In this document: in pieces, positions 1-12,145 of the stretch | Position numbering within the stretch: position 1 is the first letter of the stretch | Layout of the letters: each line of letters starts with the position of its first letter | DNA from: Octopus bimaculoides | Lineage: Eukaryota | Assembly: GCF_001194135.2 (NCBI RefSeq) | Contig: NC_068995.1 | Span: 38,782,446-38,846,445 of the forward strand | Reading direction: 5' to 3' | Length of the DNA: 64,000 bases | Notes under the pieces: model-generated | Told to the model about the DNA's origin: nothing | The model's database searches: none | What the model saw: only the letters and a program-made list of their open reading frames with translations | Made by a program: the position numbers and the translations under genes

Positions 1-369
1 TTGTCTATATGTGAAATATTGGAGCCATTTCATGAGCAGTTCAACGACTACATAGCATTAACTGACTGGAGAACTCAATACCTTTCACTGCATGAGTGTT
101 GCCAAGTAAAATTAAAATTGAATTTTCAATGAAAGCGAAATACAACCTTATAGCACCCATAATCTAAAGAAGCTATCCTCTGTCGTTCTAAGTTAATTTT
201 CGTATACGATAATTCTACACTTGGTTCAATGTATTTTCTCGGCGAAATTTTAGATCCCAGATACACCACACACACACACACAACCACACACACACACACA
301 CACACCCACACACAACTCACACATACACACACACAACGCACATATACACGCACACACACACACACACAC

Positions 370-411
<42 letters not shown>

Positions 412-1420
412 TCAGACGATGCAGAAATATGATCCATGAGAATTCGCCTATCTTCAATTATAGGAGTAACTAAGTCGCAATCATCCGCATAAAAGAGGTT
501 ACGAATACGTGTTTGAGAATCTTTCAAATTGACAACGAATTGATGTAAGTTGAAGCGACGATCAGCAGATTGAGACTTTACTTATACCCAAGAATGGCAA
601 TCCACACCAAAAGCATGCGTCATGGTAGCAGTAAAACGCAAGGAAAATAGAGTTGTGGTAAGTATGTCACTTTGATTGAAACTACTGATATTGAACCATG
701 CTTCCATGCAAATAAGAAATCCTTTGTTTATCGACATCAAGTGACTTGGGAAACTACATTTTCTGGGTAACTTCCACTGAGATATCCTGTTCACAGTATC
801 GCGGGCCTAAGTTAAATGACAGAAACTTGATTGGGATCCAATTTCTTTACATAGCACAATTTCTGGAATTATCTTGCAGTAAAATTCATATTCAATGTTC
901 CTGAATATAGGCATTATTTGCAAGAACGTGAATGAGCAATCTGAGAGTGTTAATGAATTTGATAATATTAATGATGCATCAAAATTCCCAATGAATACGA
1001 TATTGTGAAATAAGCCAAAGATGTAAAGAAAACTTAGAAGTGTCAAATGAATGCTGATTTGTTGATGAACGATGACCTATCACAATACAAATATGCAATA
1101 CCCAAGAGGTTGTCCGATGTTTTTTAACGCACAGCAATAAACGACTAGATACTATTTTGGATGCACTCTGTTTTAATAGTATGAGCGAAATGCAGGCATG
1201 GTCACAGGACCAGTTCTTCGTCGTGCATTGAAGATCTTGTGATAGGAGGCATACTTAAAACGCTCACAACTTGGCTTTAAGAAATTAATGATTTGGTTAC
1301 CTTCAGAAGGGCAGACGCTTAATGTCAACATTTTATCGATTTCTCTAGCTGCTTGGCGTCTTTTCTTGGGAATGAGAACGTTTTTTGTAATTATAGGTTA
1401 TAACGCTAACGAAATGAAAA
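1..1420 (-). mobile_element. Degenerate RTE-clade non-LTR retrotransposon, reverse transcriptase region
   Basis: Minus-strand RT motifs appear in the expected order across frameshifts: GTLNMNFTAR*FQK (cf. GTIDMIFTARQLQEK), FCHLT*ARDTVNR (cf. FIDLTKAFDTVNR), TTTLFSLRFTATMTHAF, LFYADDCDLV (YADD), YLGSKIS. Confidence 0.85.
263..409. repeat. (CA)n microsatellite inside the RTE RT
   Basis: Interrupted CA tract visible in the sequence. Confidence 0.95.
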
Positions 1421-3516
1421 AACTCTGCAAAATAGAACAGATTTAGAAATTGATAATCCGCCAATTTTGTTAAGTGTATTTTGTCTCAAAATCTGAAAAT
1501 CTGAAGCACCTCGTTCCACGTTATATTTTCTCATTTTATAAAGTTAGAAATACGATGAGAAGAATGTTAAGGAAGAGTTTAAAATCTCGAATATTTTAGA
1601 AAAAGAAATTAAAGCAACGGAGTAATTTAAAGACAAGTGTCATTCTTTAACAATAGGATGAAGTCACTACGAAAACTATATATATATATAAATTCATGCA
1701 TATACATATATAAACATATATGTGTGAGTATGTGTGTGCAAGTTTCTAGTCTCTCATCTCCAAGTGATTACTTATACATGGAGTTTTATTATTTATAGCT
1801 TAGTATTCTCCTCAATTATCTGTCTTATATCAAAGATTGTTTCGGAACCACGTTAAAACAGCATCGTTTACTTCGCTAAGAACCATTATAAAATTTAATG
1901 TTTGGATCACGAAGCTAAAACTACTATACGATTTACAATATTTCCCTTACTGCGATAATGAAGACGTACACCTTGTAGTGGGATGCAGATAAGCTCATCG
2001 GAATTATAACAACTTTTGGTCAAAAATAAAAAAAAATATCCTTATTGAAATATATATCGTAGTGTAAATTCGCTACCATACACGTTCATGTCTGTTAAAC
2101 TTCTTTTGTTAGCTGCTCAACACTTTTATTAAATTGGTAGTTATAGCAACATTGATTACCAACATAATTGAATAATCCCTAATTTTGTGTTATTTCTCTC
2201 GTAGCTATTAACCACTGCTTTTGCTCTAAATTCTAATCCTACTTATTTTAAAAATACATTAAACCTGTCTTTCAAAAAGCTCTCGACTTCATTTATATCC
2301 ATTCACTTGAAAAATATGATTTTCTGAAATATGTCTTCCATGATAATGAAGAAACGAAAAAAAATATCTTTCCAGCGCATTGAATGCAGATGTGTTGCAT
2401 TGATTCTGCATATGACTTGCATTACATGGGAAAACAAATATGCAACATACATACATGCATACATATATATATACATAATTACATAAACACGTATATACGT
2501 ACACACATACATATAACTGATTCAAAATAAATAAAATCAATAAATGTTTGGAATATGAAAATTATGAAAATAAAATATAAACTTATTTTTATAAAACTAG
2601 ATCAAAAATATGAATACTTTTCAAAAGCAGTATGAGTTTGATTCTAGTTTCATATTCATATATGCCAGAAAACTATCTCTAAATAAAACCATAGAATTCT
2701 GAGTATTATTTGATGTGGAATATGCAATGATAATTATCGACAGATACCAAATACAATATCGTATGTAAAATAATCTCTTTCTGCTGAGCACACATTGGAT
2801 GCTTCATATATATTTTATAAACATATAATTATGAGGTGTCAAGTATAAGATAAATCTATAGCATTTCAAGCGAATAAATGATACGCTGTTATAAAATTCA
2901 GCTGAAGGAACCTAGTCAAATCTGCATAAGATTGCAGTGAGTAGCTATAACGATAGCACCGTATATGCTAAGTGTATTATCGTTGTGTATGAAAACTATA
3001 TTTCCAGAGAAATTATTATCGTATCCGTAATACCATACTTTATATTTTGATGGATGTATTTGCATGTAACCTCATTTTCTTGCATTTTACTCCAGGTAGG
3101 TTTTGTTCATTAACACCAAATTAGAATTTTTCCTGAAGTTACTCCTGAGAAAACTTATCTCAGTCCTTACTACTCTGAGTTTTTCATTAGTGCCCAGAAA
3201 TGCTCATTTGTATATATACTGTTTGCAAAGGTTTGAGAATGCTGTTAGTAATACTGCTAGGATAGGAAATCCTTACCTTTCACTCAGATCACTATAACTA
3301 ACAGTCATTGATTTATGACGACGCATTGTTCAATTGTTACTCTTATCACACAATCATACTCGAAGATATGTGTTTGTGTATATATATTCATGTGCATATG
3401 TATATAGTTGAAATTTACAGAAAAAACAAAACGCAGGTGTATCAACAACAAGCCGGTGTATTAGCTGACGCTTGAGAAGGTGAGAAAGTCTTTTATATTT
3501 CGAGTATATTATCGCT

Positions 3517-3628
3517 GTGCCTGTAAACCATATGTATATATATAAATGTGTGTGTGAGTTAGTGTGTGTGTGCGTGCATACGTATGTATGTATGTATGTA
3601 TGTGCGTGTGTCAGAGTATCATGTATGA

Positions 3629-3719
<91 letters not shown>

Positions 3720-3720
3720 A
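3517..3720. repeat. Compound (TG)n/(TATG)n/(TA)n microsatellite
   Basis: Directly visible in the sequence. Confidence 0.95.
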
Positions 3721-3844
3721 TTATATATATGACCAAAGCACATTCAGTTGTAAAATATCGAAAAGTGATCAGAGAAATACCTATACTAACGAGTAAACTC
3801 AATTGCCACATCACAGTAGCTGTTCCATGTTAGAACTGATTTAA

Positions 3845-4145
3845 CCCTAGGCATATCTTCCACCAGCTGTTTATTGGTGCATCGCTACACTCTTTAAATA
3901 CAATTTATATTGATAGCAGGGCGGGGTCGAACCCCTACGATCATCTAGCAGACATCAGAATTGCGAGACTGATTCAGGTGCTCGCAACCGAGGATAGGCC
4001 AACCGGCTCAAAACTGAGTCAGTCTTGCGAAGATGTTATGTGCTGGAGGATGGCAGGGTTCACTCCATCTGCTAGGAGTATATATTGTATATAAAGGTTG
4101 CCTCATCGCACCGATGACCAGCTGGTGGAAGATCTGCCTGAGGCG
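3845..4145. mobile_element. About 300-bp fold-back (palindromic) element
   Basis: AGGCATATCTTCCACCAGCTG (3849-3869) is the reverse complement of 4119-4139 with 1 mismatch. Inner arms also pair (3888-3918 with 4068-4097, 3929-3957 with 4032-4061, 3962-3977 with 4014-4029). Confidence 0.8.
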
Positions 4146-5689
4146 AAATATATAATAACATAGAACACTCACTTTGATGTGGAGATTGACTTTATATATA
4201 TATTGAAGCATTCGGACAGTTTTTCGCAGCAAAAGATGAATTTTGTTTTAATATGGGATATATGACATAGAGAAACGTTGGGTAAACGCCAATAATCAAC
4301 ATGGGTCATACTTTGATTAAATAAATCTGTTCTCTAATACTGCTGAAATATGTATTGTTACCTTTCAAATATGACATTTCATGTGAAAAAACCTGATATT
4401 ATATTGAGTGTGGATATGTGTTGTCACCACGGTTCTATCATTTGTAAGTTTATGTTCGTATCTATATAACGTTCAATTTTTTTTAACAACAATACTCTAA
4501 TGTTACAAAATAGCGGGGTGATATAAGTCTTACCGGCACTGGATATACATTGGGTCTGCAATTTGAATTTCTTTGTTGAAAGAGAAAAGAAAACAGTATT
4601 CAAGGTCATAGATGAATGGCTTATTATAGACATGTCATATTATAATATCAAGTGTTACATGATGTATGATGTTGAAATGAGATTGATTCTTCAGTCAATT
4701 GTAATGTTTCGAGTGCATCATCTAATTAGTGCACTTTTTGATGCAAGAAACATATATGGAAATCGTATACACTGTGTAATAACCAGCGGCTTAAAGGCAC
4801 CGAATGACTGTTTGTGTTCTTATTAAGTGAATAATTAAATATTATTGTAAAGTTTCAAGTAGGAATTAAATGAACTCTATGCACTTACTTCAAAAGTAAA
4901 TACTGATGTAATTATTCAAGCTATTTCCTTCTAAAATGATGTCTAATGATTTCAGCCATGGCACTGCCAAAGCAGAGACCTCTGGGTTTACCGCTGACCC
5001 CGTGTACATTGCACGGAAGTACATTGTTCTTAAATATAATATTATCGAATTTCGACATGCTGTGTAACGATAAATACTTTCATGAACGTTTTACTCCAAT
5101 TGAGGAAACAGATACACAGAAATATATTTATATATAAATGAATAGAAAATGTAGATATGTATAGCAATTGCCTATTCAAAAATTAAAATTTAACATTTAT
5201 TAGCATAAAACAATATGATATATTATTCTTATAATGATATACCATAAGATAATAAACAATAGATTTTAAAGAGAAATTAATTAAAATTGGTTCGATTCTT
5301 ACCCATAATAAAATTATAAAAATCCATTGTTTGCCGGCAAGAATGTCCTTTATGTAATTTTTTTGTTTTATATGAGGTTTCACAGATCCAAGAAAAGACT
5401 GAATTTAAATATATATTTGTTTTGAAGTGTGGGCGTTAATAATGAAAAACGAATGCAGAGATAGAAATAAACTAATATAACGGTCATTAAATATATCTGT
5501 ATACTATAAATATTTTAATCTATATATAACTTAGCGGATAAGATTTTTGGATTATCAGGAACAACATTTAAAAACATATTTAATAAACCATGGCTGAAGA
5601 AAAAATATCCCATTCATTCTTTTATATTATTAAAATGTAAATGCTATTAAAATAACAATACGATATTTATGTATGTATAAATAGTAAAC

Positions 5690-6339
5690 GGATCTATTTT
5701 AAAACGGGGGCGCCAGTTTTCATTTATGTTTTATGTAGTGTTTTTGGTACGGAAAGACTTTCAAACTTCGTATACTTATCTATTTTGTGTTATAGAACAG
5801 AAAAATATTTTTGTATTCGAATTTATTTCATGTAAAAAATTGTCTTATTTCGATAATTTCTACTAATCACTGACGTCTATTCAGTTTAAAACAGTTAGCG
5901 CTGTATCGTATTAATCCCCTAACTAGACTGTTAACCGTAACCGTAACCGTAACCCTAACCCTAAAACTAACCCTAACTCTAGAATCCGAACTCTAAAATT
6001 GTTACACACATAGATACGCACAGCGTAATTTATTATATAAACAATATATGCGTATAAATTACGATTAAACCGGATGAAATATGTCACAGGGAATAACATT
6101 TTTATGACCGCCCAGCAGTAACTCTATTAAGCTGAATAGACGTCAGTGATTGGTTGAAATTACAGAAATACGACAGCTTTAACATGGAAAAACTTGCGAA
6201 TTCCTTTTCTTTTGTTAAGAAGACTAAGAGTAAAAGATGTTTGTTTTATATGACACATTCTACCAGTGTCCCAAGTTTCAAAGTGTTTCGTTAGTGTTTC
6301 GTTAAGAAAATACTGGCGCCCCCGTTTTAAAATAGATCC
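5690..6339. mobile_element. Non-autonomous DNA transposon (MITE), Merlin-like or hAT-like
   Basis: Perfect 28-bp TIRs GGATCTATTTTAAAACGGGGGCGCCAGT (5690-5717 and 6312-6339), with an exact 8-bp TSD TAGTAAAC (5682-5689 and 6340-6347). Confidence 0.95.
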
Positions 6340-6467
6340 TAGTAAACTTTAAACCTAAAACTGAAATTACTAAATTTTTAGATGTAAAATTTCATCGCGG
6401 TGTTTATATGCATTTACACTTACGGAAGAATAGAAGTGACAAAATTTCACAAACGTAATTTACAAAG

Positions 6468-6733
6468 TATATATATACAACTGAGAATATACGTCTGTCT
6501 CTCTGTCCATCTGTATGTGTGAAACACTAAAGCTCGAGAACTACCCAAACCACTTCATTCACATTTTACACGTGCTTTATTAGGGCCCATGCCCCCAAAT
6601 TTTTCAATTTCTAGCCTAATGCGGGCCGGGAGCGATTCTCACATCTCTTACACTATTTCAGTATTACGTATCAAATGTGAAACAATAACATCTCTATTTA
6701 TGACGACGCATTGTTCAATTGTTACTCTTATCA
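6468..6733 (+). mobile_element. 5' part of a non-autonomous Helitron-like (Lep1/HINE-type) repeat
   Basis: Starts TATATATATACAACTGAG, followed by a (CTGT)-like tract and CTCGAGAACTACCCAAACCACTTCATTCACATTTTACAC, the typical 5' architecture of these elements. No 3' hairpin plus CTAG end was seen. Confidence 0.5.
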
Positions 6734-7782
6734 TTGTTACTCTTATGTATATATATATATTATTTAAAAAAATCAAAAAAGCAACAGCATATCAAGTAGT
6801 GACGCAGTACGACATTTCACGCGATTCCATTTTACTGAACAATGCAATCATTACATCGTATTAAATGCAGTGCAATCTTCATCTGTACAGATAAATAAAT
6901 AAAATTTGAACCAGACGAACACATTAATATACTTTTTCTCAAATACATTAACTGAGCAAGAAGATGGAAGAAATTCGTGTTGTCGCAATTGCAGCTAAGA
7001 ATAGACTACACATCCAAGAATCACTAGAAGTGCATTGGAGTCATACCTTGCAAAGCATTTATAGTAATTCATTTCTAATTCATTTATCTCTTTATCAACT
7101 ACTAAATCTAAAAGTAGAAGACTGTCTGTTTTGAATAAAGAACATGAGTGAGTTGACACCTCATGGCTACGTATGGTCATAAATATTGCCATATCTATTC
7201 CCTTTCTTCTAACAGAAAGGAAGACATTAGGTGTAGTCAGCTGGATTGAAATTAACTGTCTATAAAAAAGATGCTGTGTAGGGGAAGGCTTTAAATCATG
7301 ATGTTAATTACAAGTTAAAGGGGCCAGACGCTAAGAAACCTAGGATGTTAATACAGAGGAAATTTTGTATTGGGTCACACTGTGTGATTGCTTATAAACA
7401 ATATTGTTATGTTGAATAAAAAAGGAAATTTAAGACTTTTAAAAATGATATCATAACCAAAGTAGGTACAATGTGTGAATATGTCAATTAAAAGCATTAA
7501 AAATAAAAGATTACAATAAATCAGTTTAATATTCATTCATGTACTTAATTTATTATATATTAGGTGGTTTCTATAAAGACTGCTCAGGGAATTTACTTAT
7601 GGAACAGCTGAAAAGACAAACATGCTATCTATATATTAATTTTAAGCCATGAATTAGACGAAAATAAAGATGTGTACGTACAGATACACACACATATTTA
7701 TATATGTGTACACATGTATGCATACACCAATATTTATACATTTATAAGGATATAATATAACCATCTCGCATATACTTATGTA

Positions 7783-7785
<3 letters not shown>

Positions 7786-7846
<61 letters not shown>
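7786..7846. repeat. (TA)n microsatellite
   Basis: Directly visible in the sequence. Confidence 0.97.
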
Positions 7847-7847
<1 letters not shown>

Positions 7848-8302
7848 GCATGCATAATGGCACCTATACGTGCATATATGTACATAGATTTACGCATGCA
7901 CACAGGCATACACACACACACAGGAATACAGACATGCACTTACCCAATAACAGAATAATACTTACAACTGACACGCAAGCAAATAATCACACACACACAC
8001 ACATTCCTATTTTATTCTGGAAAACTGTCACACCTCACGAATATATTCTTTGATATTTTTACCTACAAATATATGCCCTCAGTAGTATCCAGTGTAATTC
8101 ATTGATTAGTAATAATGAGTGTATAAGCATTTTAAGCGTGCACAATTAATGATGATACAGGGGGATTTTGGCGCTGGCAAAAGACTACTTTCAAATTTTG
8201 TTAGACGGCTAGCAGTTTCGAGAAAGGAATTACGTCTATTACATTATCCCCCGATGTTCAAATGATGAAAGGCAAAGTCGACCCCTGCGATGAAATGCCA
8301 AG

Positions 8303-8576
8303 CATTCCAAACCCACCATCCCTATACATTTCATCCCATCCACCCCATCCCTTAGACCCCTCCCTTGCTTCCCCCACTCTCGCCTCCCTCACACCGCAAC
8401 ATCATCAAACCCCACCCCACACAACCATACCATACCGCACTTCACCACACACCACCAAACCACACAACACCACCACACACCACCACTCCACACACCAACA
8501 TACCACACCACACCACATCACACCCCGACACACACTAGCATAAACCACATTCCAGCAACTACACTATCATTAACAC
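8303..8576. repeat. C/A-rich 274-bp segment, copy 1
   Basis: Matches 10415-10688 with only 3 substitutions. Confidence 0.95.
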
Positions 8577-8730
8577 GATCTCCGTATTCAGCTGGGTCTT
8601 ATTTTGTGGACCCTGGATAGATAAAAGGCAAAGTCGACCTCGGCAGAATTTGAACTCAGAACGTAACGGCAGACGAAATACCGCTAAGCATTTCGCCCGG
8701 CGTGCTAACAATTCTGCCAGCTCTCTGCTC
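8577..8730 (-). mobile_element. tRNA-derived SINE (family with AAAGGCAAAGTCGACCTCGGC...GAACTCAGAACGT...TTTCGCCCGGCGTGCTAAC core)
   Basis: The same core recurs at 10135-10355, 28130-28640, 41805-41995, 42805-43007 and 62517-62702. A further fragment lies at about 8205-8300. Confidence 0.85.
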
Positions 8731-10134
8731 TGCGCTGTTGAAATACTAAGACATATTTGCATAAACATGCACGTGAATTTCTTGAACACCCCTCCCCCTG
8801 CATTTTGAGCTTTTGCTCTCCCCTCTTTCTCACGAAGAGGGTTTGAACGTTTAGCACCCTCTTTTCCATCTGAAACTGAGCGTCAATTTAATATATTTTC
8901 TGTGTACGTGCTTTTGTCCTTTGTTGCATGTTTTTATTTGTATTTTCGATTTGCCTAAACACACACATACACACACATGCTCACACACACATATCATTTA
9001 CTTGTTTCCCTCATGAGACTGCGGCCATGCTGGGACACCATTTTAGTGGAACGAATACATCTCAGTATTCACTATTTTGTTTTTGATATAATACTTATTC
9101 TATTTATTATTACTTTTAATTTCATATCTATATATATGTGAGTATCCGTATTTGTCTATACCACTGTGCGTATTTATGTATACGTGGAACTGCACGTTAC
9201 CATTAATTTTGACAACCTATCAGCAACTTTTCTACCAATGTGATTGCTGCAGTGAGATAACCGGATTTCTGCAAATGGCTAGCAGTGAGGTGTAAACGTG
9301 ATATTAAAATAATTGTCTGAACCATACTATCAGGATAGCTAGATGCCGAGAGAAACCTTACATATATTTCTTTATCGTGTTTATCATGTAATTACTAGGA
9401 AATTTATATAATTGCCGTGTCTATGTACATAATATATTGGACGTAGTAAAAAAAATTAAAAAGAAAACCGTTGTTTGAAATAAAATGAAAACATAAATAT
9501 AGCATAAATATATTGCTTTCGTATATTTGAATATATTTCACTGATATAAAGATTAGAAGAAGAAAAAAATAAGCTGCAACTCTTTAATAAGCGGCTGAAA
9601 ATAAATGAAATAATTAGACATTTTAGACGAATAAGGTCATGTTAAATAAAGTACAACATCCATTCTTCAGACAAATCAGACGCGTAGCATAGTGGTAAGT
9701 GGAACGAAGTATAAATTTGGAGTGGATTAATCCTGAAGAATCGTGAAATCGTGTAACAACAACCTAATTATTTGAATATAAGAAGAGAAATGTGGACACA
9801 TGTTTCTTCCTCAACGGGCAACATCATCACATCAATTGTTCTATATAACCTTCGGCAAACGAGGCACCTAAGCACACACATACACACACACATCCGTACA
9901 CACAGACGCACGCATGCACACACGAACATATATACAAACATACATGTCTGTGTTCGGATTGTCCTTCCACAGGGGTCAACCAGACTCCTGTTTTTGCCGT
10001 GAGCAGGGATTAATCTTCCCTCTTCGCTCTTTTGCGCCACATGGGCTCAACTCTCCTCCTCTTTTCATCTAACCCTCCTCCTCTCTTCTCTCTTCCACTC
10101 ACACCTACTTCCTCCCACTCACCTCTCCTCTCTT

Positions 10135-10355
10135 ATTTCTTTATTACCCACAAATGGCTAAACATAGATGGGACAAACAAGGACAGACAAAGGGGTTAAG
10201 TCGATTACATCGATCCCAGTGAATAACTGGTACTTTATTTATCGACACCAAAGAGATGAAAGGCAAAGTAGACCTCGGCGGAATTTGAGCTCAGAACGTA
10301 ACGGCAGGCTAAGCATTTCGCCCGGCGTGCTAACGTTTCTGCCAGCTCACCGCCT
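10135..10355 (-). mobile_element. tRNA-derived SINE, near full length
   Basis: Same core family as 8577-8730, with its tail segment. Confidence 0.85.
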
Positions 10356-10414
10356 CTCTTGCTCTGGCACCTACTTTCCGTCTTCACTCGTACTAACCCT
10401 AACCCACCCCTACA

Positions 10415-10688
10415 CATTCCAAACCCACCATCCCTATACATTTCATCCCATCCACCCCATCCCTTAGACCCCTCCCTTGCTTCCCCCACTCTCGCCTCCC
10501 TCACACCGCAACATCATCAAACCCCACCCCACACAACCATACCATATCGCACTTCACCACAGACCACCAAACCACACAACACCACCACACACCACCACTC
10601 CACATACCAACATACCACACCACACCACATCACACCCCGACACACACTAGCATAAACCACATTCCAGCAACTACACTATCATTAACAC
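10415..10688. repeat. C/A-rich 274-bp segment, copy 2
   Basis: About 99% identical to 8303-8576. Confidence 0.95.
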
Positions 10689-10749
10689 ATCTACACATGC
10701 ACACACGCACACGTCAATGTCACCAGCCCATACACATTTTCATATAGAC

Positions 10750-11030
10750 ACGCACATACACCGTCGTTTTTGGATCATAACTACTTTATTATCTCCCCTT
10801 CGTCCTAGCTCTCCTGTGTGACCCCTCTGCCCGGCATTCGCCGTGATAGATGACTAGCCTCTATACCTTTTTCTATTTTCTCTCAATGTTTATTTTTGTG
10901 TTCCTACCTGTCGAAGAGACTAGGCTCGAAACGTAAAATACACTCTCACTTCCCGAGCGTTAAAATAAGATATAAGTTTTTTTGTTTACACGCCCATCTT
11001 CGTCTTTTGTCTTTTGTAAATTCTCACTAT
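10750..11030 (+). mobile_element. Penelope-like terminal repeat fragment
   Basis: A pyrimidine tract precedes CTGTCGAAGAGACTAGGCTCGAAACGT. The downstream part (TTCCCGAGCGTTAA...CTTCGTCTTTTG) recurs at about 33895-33990. Confidence 0.55.
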
Positions 11031-11067
11031 ATATTTATACATATACATACAAACATATAGATATATA

Positions 11068-11127
<60 letters not shown>

Positions 11128-11596
11128 TGTATAAATATATCATTACATATATCAGTTTCCCCTTTCACTGTGGGACTTTCCTCTCTCTTCTTTCTGACAG
11201 GCTACTGCTGCTTAAACAATCAATGACAAGAATTCCTATCAAACCAGCTGATTCATACTTTACTCTAAGTTGAAAAAGTCGTAATGACTGAAACCGGTAC
11301 TAAACTGTTCTTCATGATAAAATTATTTTACCATTTTCTACCTTGTCTTAATTNNNNNNNNNNNNNNNNNNNNNNNNNNNNNNNNNNNNNNNNNNNNNNN
11401 NNNNNNNNNNNNNNNNNNNNNNNNNNNNNNNNNNNNNNNNNNNNNNNNNNNNNNNNNNNNNNNNNNNNNNNNNNNNNNNNNNNNNNNNNNNNNNNNNNNN
11501 NNNNNNNNNNNNNNNNNNNNNNNNNNNNNNNNNNNNNNNNNNNNNNNNNNNNNNNNNNNNNNNNNNNNNNNNNNNNNNNNNNNNNNNNNNNNNNNN

Positions 11597-11634
<38 letters not shown>

Positions 11635-11799
11635 TACATATAAATATATAATAGGTAAATTTAATAATGTAAGAAACTGGAGAGTTGAGGATGAATAGCT
11701 GATTTATTTGTATCATAGTTTGTTGGTAAGATATAAATGCGAATAGATGTTTCATAGAAGGCTTTTAATTTTGCTCCAAAGGTTAAAACTTAGTGCTCG

Positions 11800-12060
11800 A
11801 TGTCGCTACAGGGAATCATTCCAGAATGTAAAGAGAGACTATGAGAAGGATCAAGCGGAGCGGGTATAGAGTCACATATATGCTGATAAAAAGAACTACG
11901 GTAATAAAATATATTAAATATACTAAATCATCTAACAGTATTGTGAATCGCCGAGCCCCCAGAAACAGCTGTAGGACGTATAACAACTTTCTCCCTTAAT
12001 TTTCTTTGTCGTTTGTACTCTGTGTAAGTTGGACCTATTAAAATAAATATTTATATATTT
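11800..12060 (+). mobile_element. Penelope-like terminal repeat with hammerhead-like core
   Basis: CTGATAA (11883-11889) ... GAAACAGCTGTA (11962-11973). The same motif occurs at 53110-53179 (-) and 57418-57465 (+). Confidence 0.55.
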
Positions 12061-12145
12061 ATACATAAAAATTCATCATATGAATGTTTCCCTCTTTTGC
12101 TTCCCCTTGTTTTGCATGTATACATATATAAATATTTTGTATTTC

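Noticed and set aside
3075-3101. Recursive splice site motif ttttactccag|GTAGGT on the plus strand (similar at 42105-42123 and 50320-50334)
   Set aside because: Strong splice-like motifs occur on both strands throughout the window at a rate compatible with chance, and no host gene is defined.
4945-5040. GC-rich patch with open frames on both strands
   Set aside because: No decisive strand, frame or homology.
5933-5980. Chromosome end or telomere-healing site
   Set aside because: Short, degenerate and internal to a TIR element with an intact TSD.
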